Shown in pieces: positions 25,444-35,244 of a DNA stretch of 53,298 nt (position 1 is its first letter; each line of letters opens with the position of its first letter). The notes below the pieces were generated by a model. It was not told the origin of the DNA. It ran no database searches and saw nothing but the letters and a program-made list of their open reading frames with translations. Origin of the DNA: a virus (Duplodnaviria > Caudoviricetes); the IMG/VR virus record IMGVR_UViG_3300044675_003062, positions 1 through 53,298 of that record. The stretch is one strand, 5' to 3'. A program made the translations under genes and the position numbers.

Positions 25444-28400
25444 CAGAAAATCTCCGCAACGGTGCCAGTAAAGCCAGACACGGCATTGGTAATCGCCGTG
25501 CGAATGCCAGACAGTTGCTTCGTCTGGAGCCGTGCCTCGACCAGATTCGGGTCTTGTGCCGCAGCCCCGAGGCCCAGCACCAGCGCAGCACCTTCTGCCG
25601 TGCGGACGTCAGCCGTCGAGACCGTTCCCGCCACAGGGCGGTTTAGTGCCTGCTGCCGGGCAAGCTCGGCAGCGACGGCGTTGGCTTGGTTGAGTGACGC
25701 ACTCGCTGCGGTATATGTTCCCGAAAACGCTCGCAGGAAGTTGTCGTTTGTTTGGGCAATGCGACTTTGAAACTGCTCGGCCTGACGGAGTCCGCCAGCA
25801 AGGCCGGATGCTTGGCTGCGTGCGGCGTTGGTGCGGCCGTCAGCGATGCGTTGCTCGGCAACTTGAGCCTGCTTGAGCGTCTTTAGCTCACCGGCTCTGG
25901 CTCTAGCAGACTTTAAGTCGCCAGCGTCTCTCGCTGCCTGCACGGACTGTTCTTGAACGGCAATTCTTTGCTCGATGGCTGCGACGTTTTCAAGTGCCCT
26001 TTGCCTTCGGTTCGCAGCTTCCTCTTGGCGAGCGATCTCAAACTTCGTTCGCTCATCAATCTTGCCTCTGAGAAACTCTTCGACGCGAACATTCGCCGCC
26101 TGCTTTGCCTCTGCAATTCGACGCTGGTTCTCTTGCTCTCGCTTTATTGCTTCGTCAAAAAAGCCTTGCTGCCGGGCAAGCTCCTTGTCGTATTCAGCCT
26201 TGCTTAGAAATCCTGCACGGGCACGCTCCTGCAAAACGGCAACGGCTTGAGCTAGTTCAAGCTGGGCACGCACGCCAACCTTGCCAAACTCTGCCGCCTT
26301 GGCCCGTGCTGCATCAATCGACTTTGCTGTTTCGTCGAACTGCTTTGTGAAACCGTCCAAAAATCCTTGGCTCGCAGCCTGCCGTGTTTCCTTGAGCTTC
26401 GCCTCAATCTGGTCAAGGCTGGCGAGGCTTGCCGCAGCGGCGTCCGCTTGTGCCTGTGACGCCCTGCGATCAGACTCTGACAGCGACAGCGACGATGCCT
26501 CGCGGGCGGCTTGCAACTGCTCCCGAACGCGGGCCTGCTCCCGCTCGATGACGGCGATGTCCTCGGCAAGTTTCGTTTGAGCGTCACTCGCTTTTGTCAA
26601 TTCAGCGATTCGCTTCGTGTCGGATTCGGCCTGAGCGATAGCGGCATCTGCAATCTGCCTTCGTGCCCCCAGTTCTTGATCCATCGCACGGTTGACCTTC
26701 TCCTGCTCTGCGTTGATGCGAGCAATCTCGTCCGCCGTGATATTGAGCGGGTCAATAACAGCCGCCGCAGCCGCCTCGAAACCACGCATCGCTTGGGTAA
26801 CGGCACTGCTTTGATCGACGACGCCACTGAAGAACGAGTCGAATCGCTCGCGGGTCTGCTCAATGTCGGTCTCGATCTTGAACTGCGGCGACCGCTCTTG
26901 CTCGATCTGTGCCCGCAAGCCTTCCAGATACGTCGTTGCCGCACTCGTCGCGGCAGACTGTTGCTCGGCGGCGTTGCCAAAAACAGCCTGCGTCGTGCCG
27001 TTGATAATCTGCTGGCCCGCAGCCTCAAGCTCGGCAAGGTTCTGCTGTAGCTGCGAACTTGCGTTCAACTGCAAGTCACGCCCGAACGCTTCTAGGTCGG
27101 TGCTGACGTAGCTGCCAATCGCTTCCAGAGCCTTGCCGAGTGCTACCGCGATGCCGTTGCCGATAATCTCAAACGTGTTGAAGATGCTTCTGAACACGCC
27201 GCTAAGAACGTCCAGCGTGCCGGAAATCTGGTTGAAGGTCTCACCGGCTGTGTTCAAGGCACCAGTAAAGCCACCAAAGTATTCGACGTACTCGTCAAAG
27301 ATGCCAGCGAAATACTCCGCCCCTCGCAGCAGCGTGTCGGTGATCGCGCTGGCGATGCCAGTGCCTCCCTGCCCATCGACCCCAGCGAACTCTTCCACGA
27401 ACCGCAAGAACTGATTCGTGACATCAGTGACCGCCGGGGCAAGGTTGCCAATCACTTGCCCGGTGATGCCTTGCACCGTAGCGGCAACGAGATCGAAGGC
27501 GTCGTTCATGCTCGTGACGTTGTTGACCTGCGTCTCGTCAACAATCACTCCAAGCCTTTCGGCACGGGCTTGCAGTTCCTCGATGCTGGCCGCGCCCTGA
27601 CGAAACAGCGGCGCGAGTGCAGCACCCTGCTTACCGAATATCTCGACGGCAGCGGCAGCACGATCCGCAACGGTCGGCAGCGTCGAGATAGCATTACCGA
27701 TGGCTGAGAACTGCTGCTCTGGTGCTAATGCACGCAGCTCAACGACGGACAGATTGATCGCTCGCAGCGACTTGTCGAGTGCGTCACCGGGTGCGGCCTT
27801 GCCAATGTTCACCGCGAGCTTCTGGACGGCCGTTCCGAATTGCTCCGTATCGACGCCAGCTAGTTTCGCGGCGAGCGAGTACCCCTGCAAAGACTCTACG
27901 CCGATGCCTGTACGCTGGGCAAAATCGTCAAGCTGGTTGATCGAAGCGTTGGCAGACGTCACCAGCCCAGCGATCTGATTCTGCACGCTCGCGAAAGCAT
28001 TGCCGAGGGCACGCACGCCGTCGAACACCAGCCTGCCGATTTCGACATTCTTCAAGAAGTTGACGTTTTTGTTGAGTTGCTCAATGTTTTTGTCGGCCTT
28101 GCCTGCTTCCTTGCCGATCCCGTCGAGGTCAGTCTTTGCCTTCTGGGCGGCACGGTTGAACTGATCCTGCGACAGCCGTCCCGCATCAAGGTGCCCTGTC
28201 AACTCCTGCATCTGCTGCGAGTATCGCTCTTGCGGTGTCAGGTTCGCGGCGATGATACGAGCCGCCGACGCGGCGGCATCGGCACGCTCCTTCTCGACGC
28301 CCGTCGCCTTCTCAGAAGCACGAACGAACGTCTCCTGCGAAATCGCCCCTTGCGACAGCAGCCCCTCCAGCTTCGCTAGCTCAGTCACCCGCCGCTCTTC

Positions 28401-28736
28401 GACGGTGCGGAGTTGCTCGGTGATGCGGAGTCCTTCCTCGAAAGCAGCAGCCGACGCCTTGGCTTCCTCGGTCAACCGACCGAACGCAGCCGCGTATTCC
28501 TGCGGCCCGATGACGTTGTCCCGCAACTGATCGGCGAGCGTGGAAAACTTCGCGGCAAACTCTTCCTGTGCCCGCCCAGCCTCTGCCGTCTTTTCGGCGA
28601 ACGGCGTAAAGACGTTCGTCGCCTTCTCGGCCTGGGCAGCGAGCTTGTCGAGCGCACGATCGACCGGCGTGAGCGACTTTGCCAAGCCGCTCGCATCGCC
28701 CGTGACCTTCAGTGCTAGCCCGAGAATGTTCGCCAT
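25443..28736 (-). CDS. Tape measure protein
   Basis: 1097 aa, Ala-rich and helical; LALKVTGDAS N-terminus; follows the tail chaperones. Confidence 0.9.
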   Translation of the reverse strand: MANILGLALKVTGDASGLAKSLTPVDRALDKLAAQAEKATNVFTPFAEKTAEAGRAQEEFAAKFSTLADQLRDNVIGPQEYAAAFGRLTEEAKASAAAFEEGLRITEQLRTVEERRVTELAKLEGLLSQGAISQETFVRASEKATGVEKERADAAASAARIIAANLTPQERYSQQMQELTGHLDAGRLSQDQFNRAAQKAKTDLDGIGKEAGKADKNIEQLNKNVNFLKNVEIGRLVFDGVRALGNAFASVQNQIAGLVTSANASINQLDDFAQRTGIGVESLQGYSLAAKLAGVDTEQFGTAVQKLAVNIGKAAPGDALDKSLRAINLSVVELRALAPEQQFSAIGNAISTLPTVADRAAAAVEIFGKQGAALAPLFRQGAASIEELQARAERLGVIVDETQVNNVTSMNDAFDLVAATVQGITGQVIGNLAPAVTDVTNQFLRFVEEFAGVDGQGGTGIASAITDTLLRGAEYFAGIFDEYVEYFGGFTGALNTAGETFNQISGTLDVLSGVFRSIFNTFEIIGNGIAVALGKALEAIGSYVSTDLEAFGRDLQLNASSQLQQNLAELEAAGQQIINGTTQAVFGNAAEQQSAATSAATTYLEGLRAQIEQERSPQFKIETDIEQTRERFDSFFSGVVDQSSAVTQAMRGFEAAAAAVIDPLNITADEIARINAEQEKVNRAMDQELGARRQIADAAIAQAESDTKRIAELTKASDAQTKLAEDIAVIEREQARVREQLQAAREASSLSLSESDRRASQAQADAAAASLASLDQIEAKLKETRQAASQGFLDGFTKQFDETAKSIDAARAKAAEFGKVGVRAQLELAQAVAVLQERARAGFLSKAEYDKELARQQGFFDEAIKREQENQRRIAEAKQAANVRVEEFLRGKIDERTKFEIARQEEAANRRQRALENVAAIEQRIAVQEQSVQAARDAGDLKSARARAGELKTLKQAQVAEQRIADGRTNAARSQASGLAGGLRQAEQFQSRIAQTNDNFLRAFSGTYTAASASLNQANAVAAELARQQALNRPVAGTVSTADVRTAEGAALVLGLGAAAQDPNLVEARLQTKQLSGIRTAITNAVSGFTGTVAEIF

Positions 28737-29056
28737 TACTGACCACCTAGTGCTGCTTGCAAGGCCCGTATCTGTGTCAGCATCTGATCGCCATGCTGCG
28801 GAGCTTTTTCGATTGGGTTGAAGTCATCGGCACTCGGGCACTTGCCTCGCGGCGAGTGCGGCGCGAGCATCGCACTCACCTCAAGACCTGTCTGCCGCCA
28901 CGGATCGGGGAGAGCTTGGTAGTAGCGTGTGTACGCCATCCACTCGGTCAACTCCCGCGAATCCATGCGGCGAGACAGTTCGCCAACCGTCATGCCAAGG
29001 TGCCCCGCTAACGCGAACATAAACCGTCGCGTCGGCGAGACGCCTAGGCTTTTCCC
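28736..29056 (-). CDS. Tail assembly chaperone, frameshifted (gpT-like) portion
   Basis: The -1 frame after GGGAAAA reads SLGVSPTRRFMFALAGHLGMTVGELSRRMDSRELTEWMAY. Confidence 0.75.
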   Translation of the reverse strand, partial: GKSLGVSPTRRFMFALAGHLGMTVGELSRRMDSRELTEWMAYTRYYQALPDPWRQTGLEVSAMLAPHSPRGKCPSADDFNPIEKAPQHGDQMLTQIRALQAALGGQ

Positions 29057-29388
29057 AACTGCTCGACATCCGCCTCCGTCATGTTGTTATGCGCGAGAGC
29101 CTCATCGAAGAGTCGCCCCATCACCGCGCCAGACTTGTTTGCCAACGCTGAAATCTGTTCACGGGTGAAAAGCAGCTCGCCCTTCTCGTTGCACAAGACG
29201 CGGGCGAGGTACTCCGTGCGGAAGTTATCGACGCCGGTTTCTCGCTTGCCGATCCAAAGACGCTCATACGCATCCCGCTCGCCGACGCTCATCATGCGGA
29301 TGAACACTTCGCCGTTCCATTCGCGAACCGGTACTTGCTTCAGCCCAAGATCGTCAGCCGCCAAAATCTGATCTGCCGTCAGTGCCAT
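29044..29388 (-). CDS. Tail assembly chaperone (gpG-like)
   Basis: MALTADQILAADD...VPVREWNGEVFIRMMS; ends at slippery G GGA AAA (29056-29050). Confidence 0.8.
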   Translation of the reverse strand: MALTADQILAADDLGLKQVPVREWNGEVFIRMMSVGERDAYERLWIGKRETGVDNFRTEYLARVLCNEKGELLFTREQISALANKSGAVMGRLFDEALAHNNMTEADVEQLGKA

Positions 29389-29398
29389 AAAGAAACTC

Positions 29399-29728
29399 CT
29401 ACGATGGTGAGAAGCGGAGCGTCACGGTGTGTCGCTGCACATCGTTGACCTTCTTCTCGACCGCAAGTCGCTGGAAGATCGCCTTGTGCGTAAACACGAC
29501 GCCCGGCCCGGCCACTTGAAACGTGGCACGCTTGCCGTAGTTGGTCAGCGTGCAGTTCGCAGTGCCCAGGCACACTACATCTATAGTGCCGAGGTCAAGC
29601 GCAAACGGCGATCCGTTGCCACCGCGAGAGATTGGCAGGTCACCGCCGTGCAGCACCTTCAAGTCAACGACCTCTTGGAACGCAACGCTGTTCCAAGAGA
29701 CGGTGACACCGGCAGCATAAGTTGCCAT
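29399..29728 (-). CDS. Tail-tube-like protein 2
   Basis: 109 aa, beta-rich; C-terminal VNDVQRHTVTLRF resembles LNDVVKGTAVFKV of its neighbour. Confidence 0.55.
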   Translation of the reverse strand: MATYAAGVTVSWNSVAFQEVVDLKVLHGGDLPISRGGNGSPFALDLGTIDVVCLGTANCTLTNYGKRATFQVAGPGVVFTHKAIFQRLAVEKKVNDVQRHTVTLRFSPS

Positions 29729-29751
29729 GACGGGATGCCTCCGTCACGCTA

Positions 29752-30132
29752 TCAGCGAGCGACCTTGAAAACTGCGGTGCCCTTGACCACATCGTTCAAC
29801 GCGAACGTCACAGACGAGCTAACGACGGTCGACGGCTTCGACAAGAACGCCGCACCGGCGTGAGTGATGACCAGCGTGCCAGTCGCAGCGTCGGCGATGA
29901 TGTCCTTGCCGAGATACTCAATCGTGACCTGTCGCCCCGTATCCGTTGCGTTGCCGGTCAGCGGGCGATCCTGAGTCAGCACCGAGTTGCCAGCAGTCAG
30001 CCCGAGGTGCGATACGTCGATGGTGTTATCGGTCGCCGGATCAGCGAGGTTGTAGACGATGTTCGTGACCGTGTAACCGCTGCTCGCGAACGTGAACACT
30101 GTGCCGGTCGAATCATGGGGCGTAATCGCCAT
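29752..30132 (-). CDS. Major tail (tube) protein
   Basis: MAITPHDSTG...IDVSHL; AGGAG RBS; follows the tail terminator. Confidence 0.65.
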   Translation of the reverse strand: MAITPHDSTGTVFTFASSGYTVTNIVYNLADPATDNTIDVSHLGLTAGNSVLTQDRPLTGNATDTGRQVTIEYLGKDIIADAATGTLVITHAGAAFLSKPSTVVSSSVTFALNDVVKGTAVFKVAR

Positions 30133-30134
30133 CT

Positions 30135-30551
30135 TTAACTCTCCTGCCAGAGGATGCCGTAAAGCTGCTGAACGGTGTAGACCGGCGGGAGGTCGCCACC
30201 GGCAAGCTGTGCGAACCCGTCGCTCTCGTTGTCGAGCGACACGTTGCTCACCGTTGTATTGTCGAAAGTGCCTCCCCACCCATCCAGAGACGCACGGCAC
30301 TGGTCAGCAATATCGCGGGCAGATTCGTAGGTCTCCGCAAAAATATCGACCGACAAGTTTACTGTCGGCACACCGACCGGCCCGGCAAGCGACTGCTGCC
30401 GCGTCACGCCCAGCCTCCGCCACGTGATGAATGGCAGGGCTGCAGTGGCAGGGGCGATGACGGGGTAGATTCTTGTCGAGACCAGTGCCGTCACGGCGGC
30501 TGTCGTTATGAGCCGGTTGCGGACAACGGCCTCTGGCGACTTGAAAGCCAT
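30135..30551 (-). CDS. Tail terminator (DUF3168-like)
   Basis: VTALVSTRIYPVIAP...LPFITW...VDIFAETYESA. Confidence 0.75.
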   Translation of the reverse strand: MAFKSPEAVVRNRLITTAAVTALVSTRIYPVIAPATAALPFITWRRLGVTRQQSLAGPVGVPTVNLSVDIFAETYESARDIADQCRASLDGWGGTFDNTTVSNVSLDNESDGFAQLAGGDLPPVYTVQQLYGILWQES

Positions 30552-30554
30552 GCG

Positions 30555-31355
30555 TCATTCTCCCGAGATCGTGCCCGTGGCACGGTAGGTGAGGGCGGAC
30601 AGGGCACGCTCCAGCGAAATGCGAAGCTCTTGCTGCAGGATCGCAGCCACCTGGGCCTGCGTTTGCTGAAACGCCGTGCGGATTGGCGGCTGGCCAGCCA
30701 CGCCACCCTCGGGCGTAGGCGGGATCACGATTGGGCTGGCTGACTTCTTGAAGTACGCACCCGGTGTTGGTGGGTCAGTGGCAAAGCCGCCGCCACGGAG
30801 CTTGACCATCTGGAACGGGCCGAGCGATTTGTAGCTCGATGCGATGTAGGCGTTCTGCCCTTTGACGGTGTGAACGACGCCCTTGCCGCGAACCACTTCT
30901 TGCTTTCCCATTCGCGTCCGCACGAACGGCACTGAGGGGCTTTTCCGCTGGTAAGGCGTGTTGCTGAACTTGCTGACGACACGTGCTCGCGTGCCGTATT
31001 CGATCAGCCACTGGTGATACGCCCGATCTCCCACCTTGCCCGACGAGACTCGCACCCTGCCGCCAGCGGCGTCCTCCGAGCCACGATTGCCGCTGCGCCG
31101 GTAGCCGATCAGCCCGACCGCGTTGCCGTTCTTCGTGTACGCCTTCGCCAGCGACATCACAGCGGCCCGCAGATTGCCCGTAGGGCCGATGGGCGTCAGT
31201 TCCCGTAGCCGCGTTTCGGCAGGCACTATCGCCTTCTGGAGGGCATCCTTGAGGGCCACGGCAGTGAAACGCTTGTCGCCGAGGTTGCGAATTGCATCGC
31301 CAACCTCCTTGAGGTCTGGGAAGTCCGCCGTGATGACGATGCCTGCCGTAGCCAT
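30555..31355 (-). CDS. HK97 gp10-like neck protein (with an insertion)
   Basis: TPIGPTGNLR, WLIEYGT, QPPIRTAF. Confidence 0.7.
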   Translation of the reverse strand: MATAGIVITADFPDLKEVGDAIRNLGDKRFTAVALKDALQKAIVPAETRLRELTPIGPTGNLRAAVMSLAKAYTKNGNAVGLIGYRRSGNRGSEDAAGGRVRVSSGKVGDRAYHQWLIEYGTRARVVSKFSNTPYQRKSPSVPFVRTRMGKQEVVRGKGVVHTVKGQNAYIASSYKSLGPFQMVKLRGGGFATDPPTPGAYFKKSASPIVIPPTPEGGVAGQPPIRTAFQQTQAQVAAILQQELRISLERALSALTYRATGTISGE

Positions 31356-31672
31356 CAGACGTTCTCCTGGCAGATGACTTCATGCTCGCTGCGGTTGTTG
31401 TGCTCTAGCAGGCTGACAATCTCCAGCGTGCGAGACCGCCACGAAAGCCGGTGCGACTGCGTGAGGCCCGGCAGATACCGCATCCGCACACGGTGACTAA
31501 TTGCCACTTGGCTCTGCCCAGAGAGCAGTTGCTCGCGGGCCGAAACGCCATCGACGCTGGCCCACACAGCAGATGAGTCAGCCCACGTCATCACCAGTTC
31601 GCCAACGGAGTTTGTGACGCCGCTGGCGACTTGCACCGTTACCCGCTCACGCAGTTTGCCGGGGTCGATCAT
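31355..31672 (-). CDS. Head closure protein (SPP1 gp16-like)
   Basis: PGKLRERVTVQ...VWASV...HRVRMRY. Confidence 0.8.
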   Translation of the reverse strand: MIDPGKLRERVTVQVASGVTNSVGELVMTWADSSAVWASVDGVSAREQLLSGQSQVAISHRVRMRYLPGLTQSHRLSWRSRTLEIVSLLEHNNRSEHEVICQENV

Positions 31673-32307
31673 CAGTACGATCCCCAGCGGTGTGCATCGA
31701 GCAACGCTTTGACGCCGTAAGGGGTGTCGTTCAGCGAGCCGCTATCAGCCGCGAGTCGCCTCTCGTAGTAATGCCCGACGAGCATCAAGATCGCGTTGCG
31801 GACGCCTTGCGGCACGCTCGATCCAGACTCACCACGGCCCGCCCACCATGTCACGGTCACGGAGTTGTAGTCGGTCAAGTGCCCCGGCCACGCCCCGCCG
31901 TAGGTGTTGCGGATCACGCCCGGCTTCGTGTCGCGGTCAACACGATAAGTCGATGACGACAAGGCAGCGGTCGCCCCCGATACATCAGACGTAAACGTGA
32001 CGCTGACAGCCGTCGCCGTGCCAGACGTCGCCATCGGGGGCCGCGGCAGTTCAATCTCGGCTGGGAATCCATCGAGCCGCATCACAAGCTGCTGGTGAAT
32101 CAAAGCCTCGTCCATGTAGGCCTCGACCCACTCGCGAGCCGCCGTGATGAGCGAGACGATGTAGAAGTCGTCAGCGTCGGAATCAATGCGGCAGTGGGCC
32201 TTCGCCTCTGCCAGAGACACAGGCTCCACGACCGGCTGCGTCAGCGTCCGCAGGCTGCGGTACCGCATCGGCTTGCCGTCATACACCGGGCGAGGATAGT
32301 CCATCAC
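31672..32307 (-). CDS. Head-tail connector (gp6/gp15-like)
   Basis: EPVSLAEAKAHCRID...LITAAREWVE...AILMLVGHYYERR. Confidence 0.85.
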   Translation of the reverse strand: MMDYPRPVYDGKPMRYRSLRTLTQPVVEPVSLAEAKAHCRIDSDADDFYIVSLITAAREWVEAYMDEALIHQQLVMRLDGFPAEIELPRPPMATSGTATAVSVTFTSDVSGATAALSSSTYRVDRDTKPGVIRNTYGGAWPGHLTDYNSVTVTWWAGRGESGSSVPQGVRNAILMLVGHYYERRLAADSGSLNDTPYGVKALLDAHRWGSY

Positions 32308-32507
32308 ATCCCTCTTGGTGAGCGGCGGCGTGGCGTGAGGTCGGCAGACTCGCCGCCTAGCTCAACGCTTGCCGTCTCGATCAAGTCAATCTGTTTCTCT
32401 GGGATCGCACGCCCCTCGGCAATCAGCCGCTGGGCTACATCGCTGTCACACTCGGTCACGTCGCCGGGGCGATAGGTCGAGTAGTTGGCGGTGAACTTGA
32501 TTTTCAT
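32304..32507 (-). CDS. Small head-region protein
   Basis: MKIKFTANYSTYRPGDV...AQRLIAEGRA; ATGA-coupled. Confidence 0.6.
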   Translation of the reverse strand: MKIKFTANYSTYRPGDVTECDSDVAQRLIAEGRAIPEKQIDLIETASVELGGESADLTPRRRSPRGM

Positions 32508-33241
32508 GATTGGGGCACACTCCATGCAGTGTCGGGGCGGGTGAGCTTGGTCGTGAAGTCAGTCGTCCACTGGAACACGGGTGCTTGCAGATTCTTCCCC
32601 GGCCATGTGACGACGTACTCGCCGTGGCCGAGAACGACACGCGGTGAGATGAACACGCGATTGCCGCTCTCTCGCCAGTTGCGCCAGAAGAAAATATCGT
32701 CATCGACGCGGCCCTCGTTCCACGAATCATCGGGGCCGGGCTTGCTCCAAAACCAAGGCTTCTTGCATCGCTTCAACGCAGCCGTGGAAATGACCGTCAG
32801 CCCAAAGTGAGCCGAATCAACTTCCTGCACCGGCTCGGCAAACCAATCGGCAGGCACCGTCGAACTGCCACTAGCAGGCGGATCGTCAAGCGTGCCCTTG
32901 AGCGTCAGCATCGGGCGACCGTCCTCACGCTTCGTCTGCAGTCCCGTGATCGCATCGCACTGGAACGTCAACGCCATCGCGAACAGATGCTCGACGTCGG
33001 CCTTCGTGAAGAATGTGTCGTAGTCGATGGTGAGTAGGTACTCGCACTTGTCGATGAACTGCTCGAAAATACGGGTATTCACCTGTGACCAGAACGCACC
33101 CGTGCCCATCGTCGGCCGGATACCCAGCGGCATCAGAGCCTGCGCCCACGCGAAGTGGTTGGACGTGAACGACAGTCGCGGCATCGAAAGCACGGCCTCG
33201 ACGCGAATGTCAACCTCTGTACCGCCGACTTTGACAATCAC
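32504..33241 (-). CDS. GT-A fold glycosyltransferase-like protein inside the head-tail operon
   Basis: LLTIDYD (DxD), AHFGLTVI, KPWFW, DDDIFFW, VVLGH. Confidence 0.7.
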   Translation of the reverse strand: MIVKVGGTEVDIRVEAVLSMPRLSFTSNHFAWAQALMPLGIRPTMGTGAFWSQVNTRIFEQFIDKCEYLLTIDYDTFFTKADVEHLFAMALTFQCDAITGLQTKREDGRPMLTLKGTLDDPPASGSSTVPADWFAEPVQEVDSAHFGLTVISTAALKRCKKPWFWSKPGPDDSWNEGRVDDDIFFWRNWRESGNRVFISPRVVLGHGEYVVTWPGKNLQAPVFQWTTDFTTKLTRPDTAWSVPQS

Positions 33242-33253
33242 TAGAGCTACTCC

Positions 33254-33293
33254 AAAAGGAAACGGCTGGCGGGGATCGCTTCCCGCCAGCCGT
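33254..33293 (-). terminator. Intrinsic terminator after the capsid genes
   Basis: 12-bp stem ACGGCTGGCGGG/CCCGCCAGCCGT followed by TTCCTTTT on the minus strand. Confidence 0.7.
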
Positions 33294-33318
33294 CCATGAT
33301 TGTCTGCGTGTCAAGCGA

Positions 33319-33768
33319 TTAGGCGTTGACCACGACCTGCACGCCCGAACTCGATGCGTCCGATGCACCGGCTTCGCCACGGCCCAGCCGGGCAACGCTC
33401 GCCACAACGCTCGCCGCAACCGGCGTGGCGTTGACCCGCAAGTACCGCTTGCGGCCCCGCGTGTCGAGGTTGATCCGCACGACGTTAGAGCCGCTGGTGC
33501 GGGAACCGCTCGACGGGATGGCGAACCCACCGACACCACCGCCAACGAGGGCCGTGACGTCAGCGAAGCCGCTGCCCGAGGCATCGGACTCTTCGATCTT
33601 CAGAGCACGGCAGATCGCGTCCGAGGTGGACGCAGCCGCCTCAAACACAACGTCGATGGACGCATAGGAAAACCCCAGCGTGTCGATGGTGTGCTGCGCA
33701 GTCTGAGCCGTGGTCGTGTCGGCCACGCCGATCATCGCGTCGGTCTTGGAATTGGCAAGGTGAAGCAT
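33319..33768 (-). CDS. Capsid decoration/cement-like protein
   Basis: Follows the MCP; IDTLGF, KIEESD, RKRYLRV jelly-roll-like pattern. Confidence 0.6.
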   Translation of the reverse strand: MLHLANSKTDAMIGVADTTTAQTAQHTIDTLGFSYASIDVVFEAAASTSDAICRALKIEESDASGSGFADVTALVGGGVGGFAIPSSGSRTSGSNVVRINLDTRGRKRYLRVNATPVAASVVASVARLGRGEAGASDASSSGVQVVVNA

Positions 33769-33795
33769 TAGCAGGGTACTCCTGAGTATTTGAAA

Positions 33796-35148
33796 TCAGC
33801 CGAACTTGAGGGCACACACCGGGCCTGCCTTGGCAGCACTGCCGAGATCGTGAGCAACCATCGCAACGCGAGCGGTGGCGAAGGTGAGAGTCTGGTCGTA
33901 CTCGATGAACCGGCTGGCGTCGGTCTTGATCGTCACGCCACGCCGCTCGCCGTAGGTCGCCGCTTGGCTCATGTCGCCGAACAGGCAGGCCACGGTGCCC
34001 GTGGTGCCGGTAAGGGCCGACTGGAGCGGATGGCACAGCACCACCGGGAAGCCGAGGAACTGAAGGTTCGCACCGCCAGCGATGTCGGCAGCGTTGTTGC
34101 CCGCGTGGGAAACCATCAGCCGCAGCATCGAGGAACCGTAGCCAGCAGGCGAGATGAAAAACTTCGCATTCCGGCGGGCGAACAGCGGTGCCCTCGCAAC
34201 GAGCGAGGTGAAGTCGGTCAGCGTCAGAGCGTCGAACGTCTGGCGGCCGGTCGCCGTCACCACGCTAGCCGCGTGCGTGCCATCGACCACCGAGGTGGCA
34301 ACACCGACCGTGCCGTGGTACGCCGCGCCGCCGTCGCCGATCAGGCCCGCGTTGTCGAACGCTTCCGCGAACGACTGAGCCACTTCGACTGCCATCGCGT
34401 CGGCGAGGTCGATGACCGAATCTTCCAGCAGGCTGTTGGGCACGCGGTTGTCGATGCCCCACAGCTTCGCGATCAGGTTGACGTTGTCGAAGGTCACGTC
34501 GCTCGTCGAGGGAGCAGCGTTCTCGCCAATCGGCCGAGCCGACAGGCCCGACGTCCTGCGAGCCACCAGCATCGAGTCGGTGTTCATGCTCACCCGGCGA
34601 AACTCGCTAGGCACCACGCCGAACTCTTCGACGAGGCGGATGATCTCAGACGACAGCTCGTCGCTGACGAGCACGCCACCGAGCGAGTTGATCGAGCCAG
34701 CCTGGGCACGGCTCTCGACGCCGTGATCGACGCACCACCGGCGAGCCTCGGCATCGCCAAGCTGGTAGCCCTTGAGGTGCATACCGGCACGGTACGCACG
34801 CTCTTCGGCGTTCGGCCCCTTGAAAGCCTTGAGGCGACCGCTGGCACGGGGGACGGCGTAGCTGCGATTTTCCACGGCGGGGGTCTCCTTGACCTCGGGG
34901 GCTTCGACGGCCTTGGCGGGAGCAGCCCGCTCAATGACGGCACGCAGTTCGGTCTGCTTGGCTTCGATCCGCTGGAGCAGTTCGATCTGCTCACGCAGCT
35001 TGGCGGCTCGGGTTTCGAGCGAGCGGAGGGACGCCTCTTGCTCTTCGCTCATCGCGGGGGCATCGCCCTCGGCGGGCGTCTCGGAGGTCGCTTCCATTTC
35101 AGCGACCACGGCGGCGAGTTCGTCGAGCAGCTTCTTGAGCTTGTCCAC
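33796..35148 (-). CDS. Major capsid protein, HK97 fold with delta domain
   Basis: GTG start with AGGAG RBS; coiled-coil N-terminus, GGVLV, VPNSLLEDS, FLGFPV, LFGDMS. Confidence 0.9.
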   Translation of the reverse strand: MDKLKKLLDELAAVVAEMEATSETPAEGDAPAMSEEQEASLRSLETRAAKLREQIELLQRIEAKQTELRAVIERAAPAKAVEAPEVKETPAVENRSYAVPRASGRLKAFKGPNAEERAYRAGMHLKGYQLGDAEARRWCVDHGVESRAQAGSINSLGGVLVSDELSSEIIRLVEEFGVVPSEFRRVSMNTDSMLVARRTSGLSARPIGENAAPSTSDVTFDNVNLIAKLWGIDNRVPNSLLEDSVIDLADAMAVEVAQSFAEAFDNAGLIGDGGAAYHGTVGVATSVVDGTHAASVVTATGRQTFDALTLTDFTSLVARAPLFARRNAKFFISPAGYGSSMLRLMVSHAGNNAADIAGGANLQFLGFPVVLCHPLQSALTGTTGTVACLFGDMSQAATYGERRGVTIKTDASRFIEYDQTLTFATARVAMVAHDLGSAAKAGPVCALKFG

Positions 35149-35244
35149 TTGTAGACTCCTGTGTGCGGGACGCGGGCGGCCAACGCTGCCCACACACTGA
35201 AGCTACGAGCCGCAGCCCACACCCATCCAGACGAGAGTAAAGAA

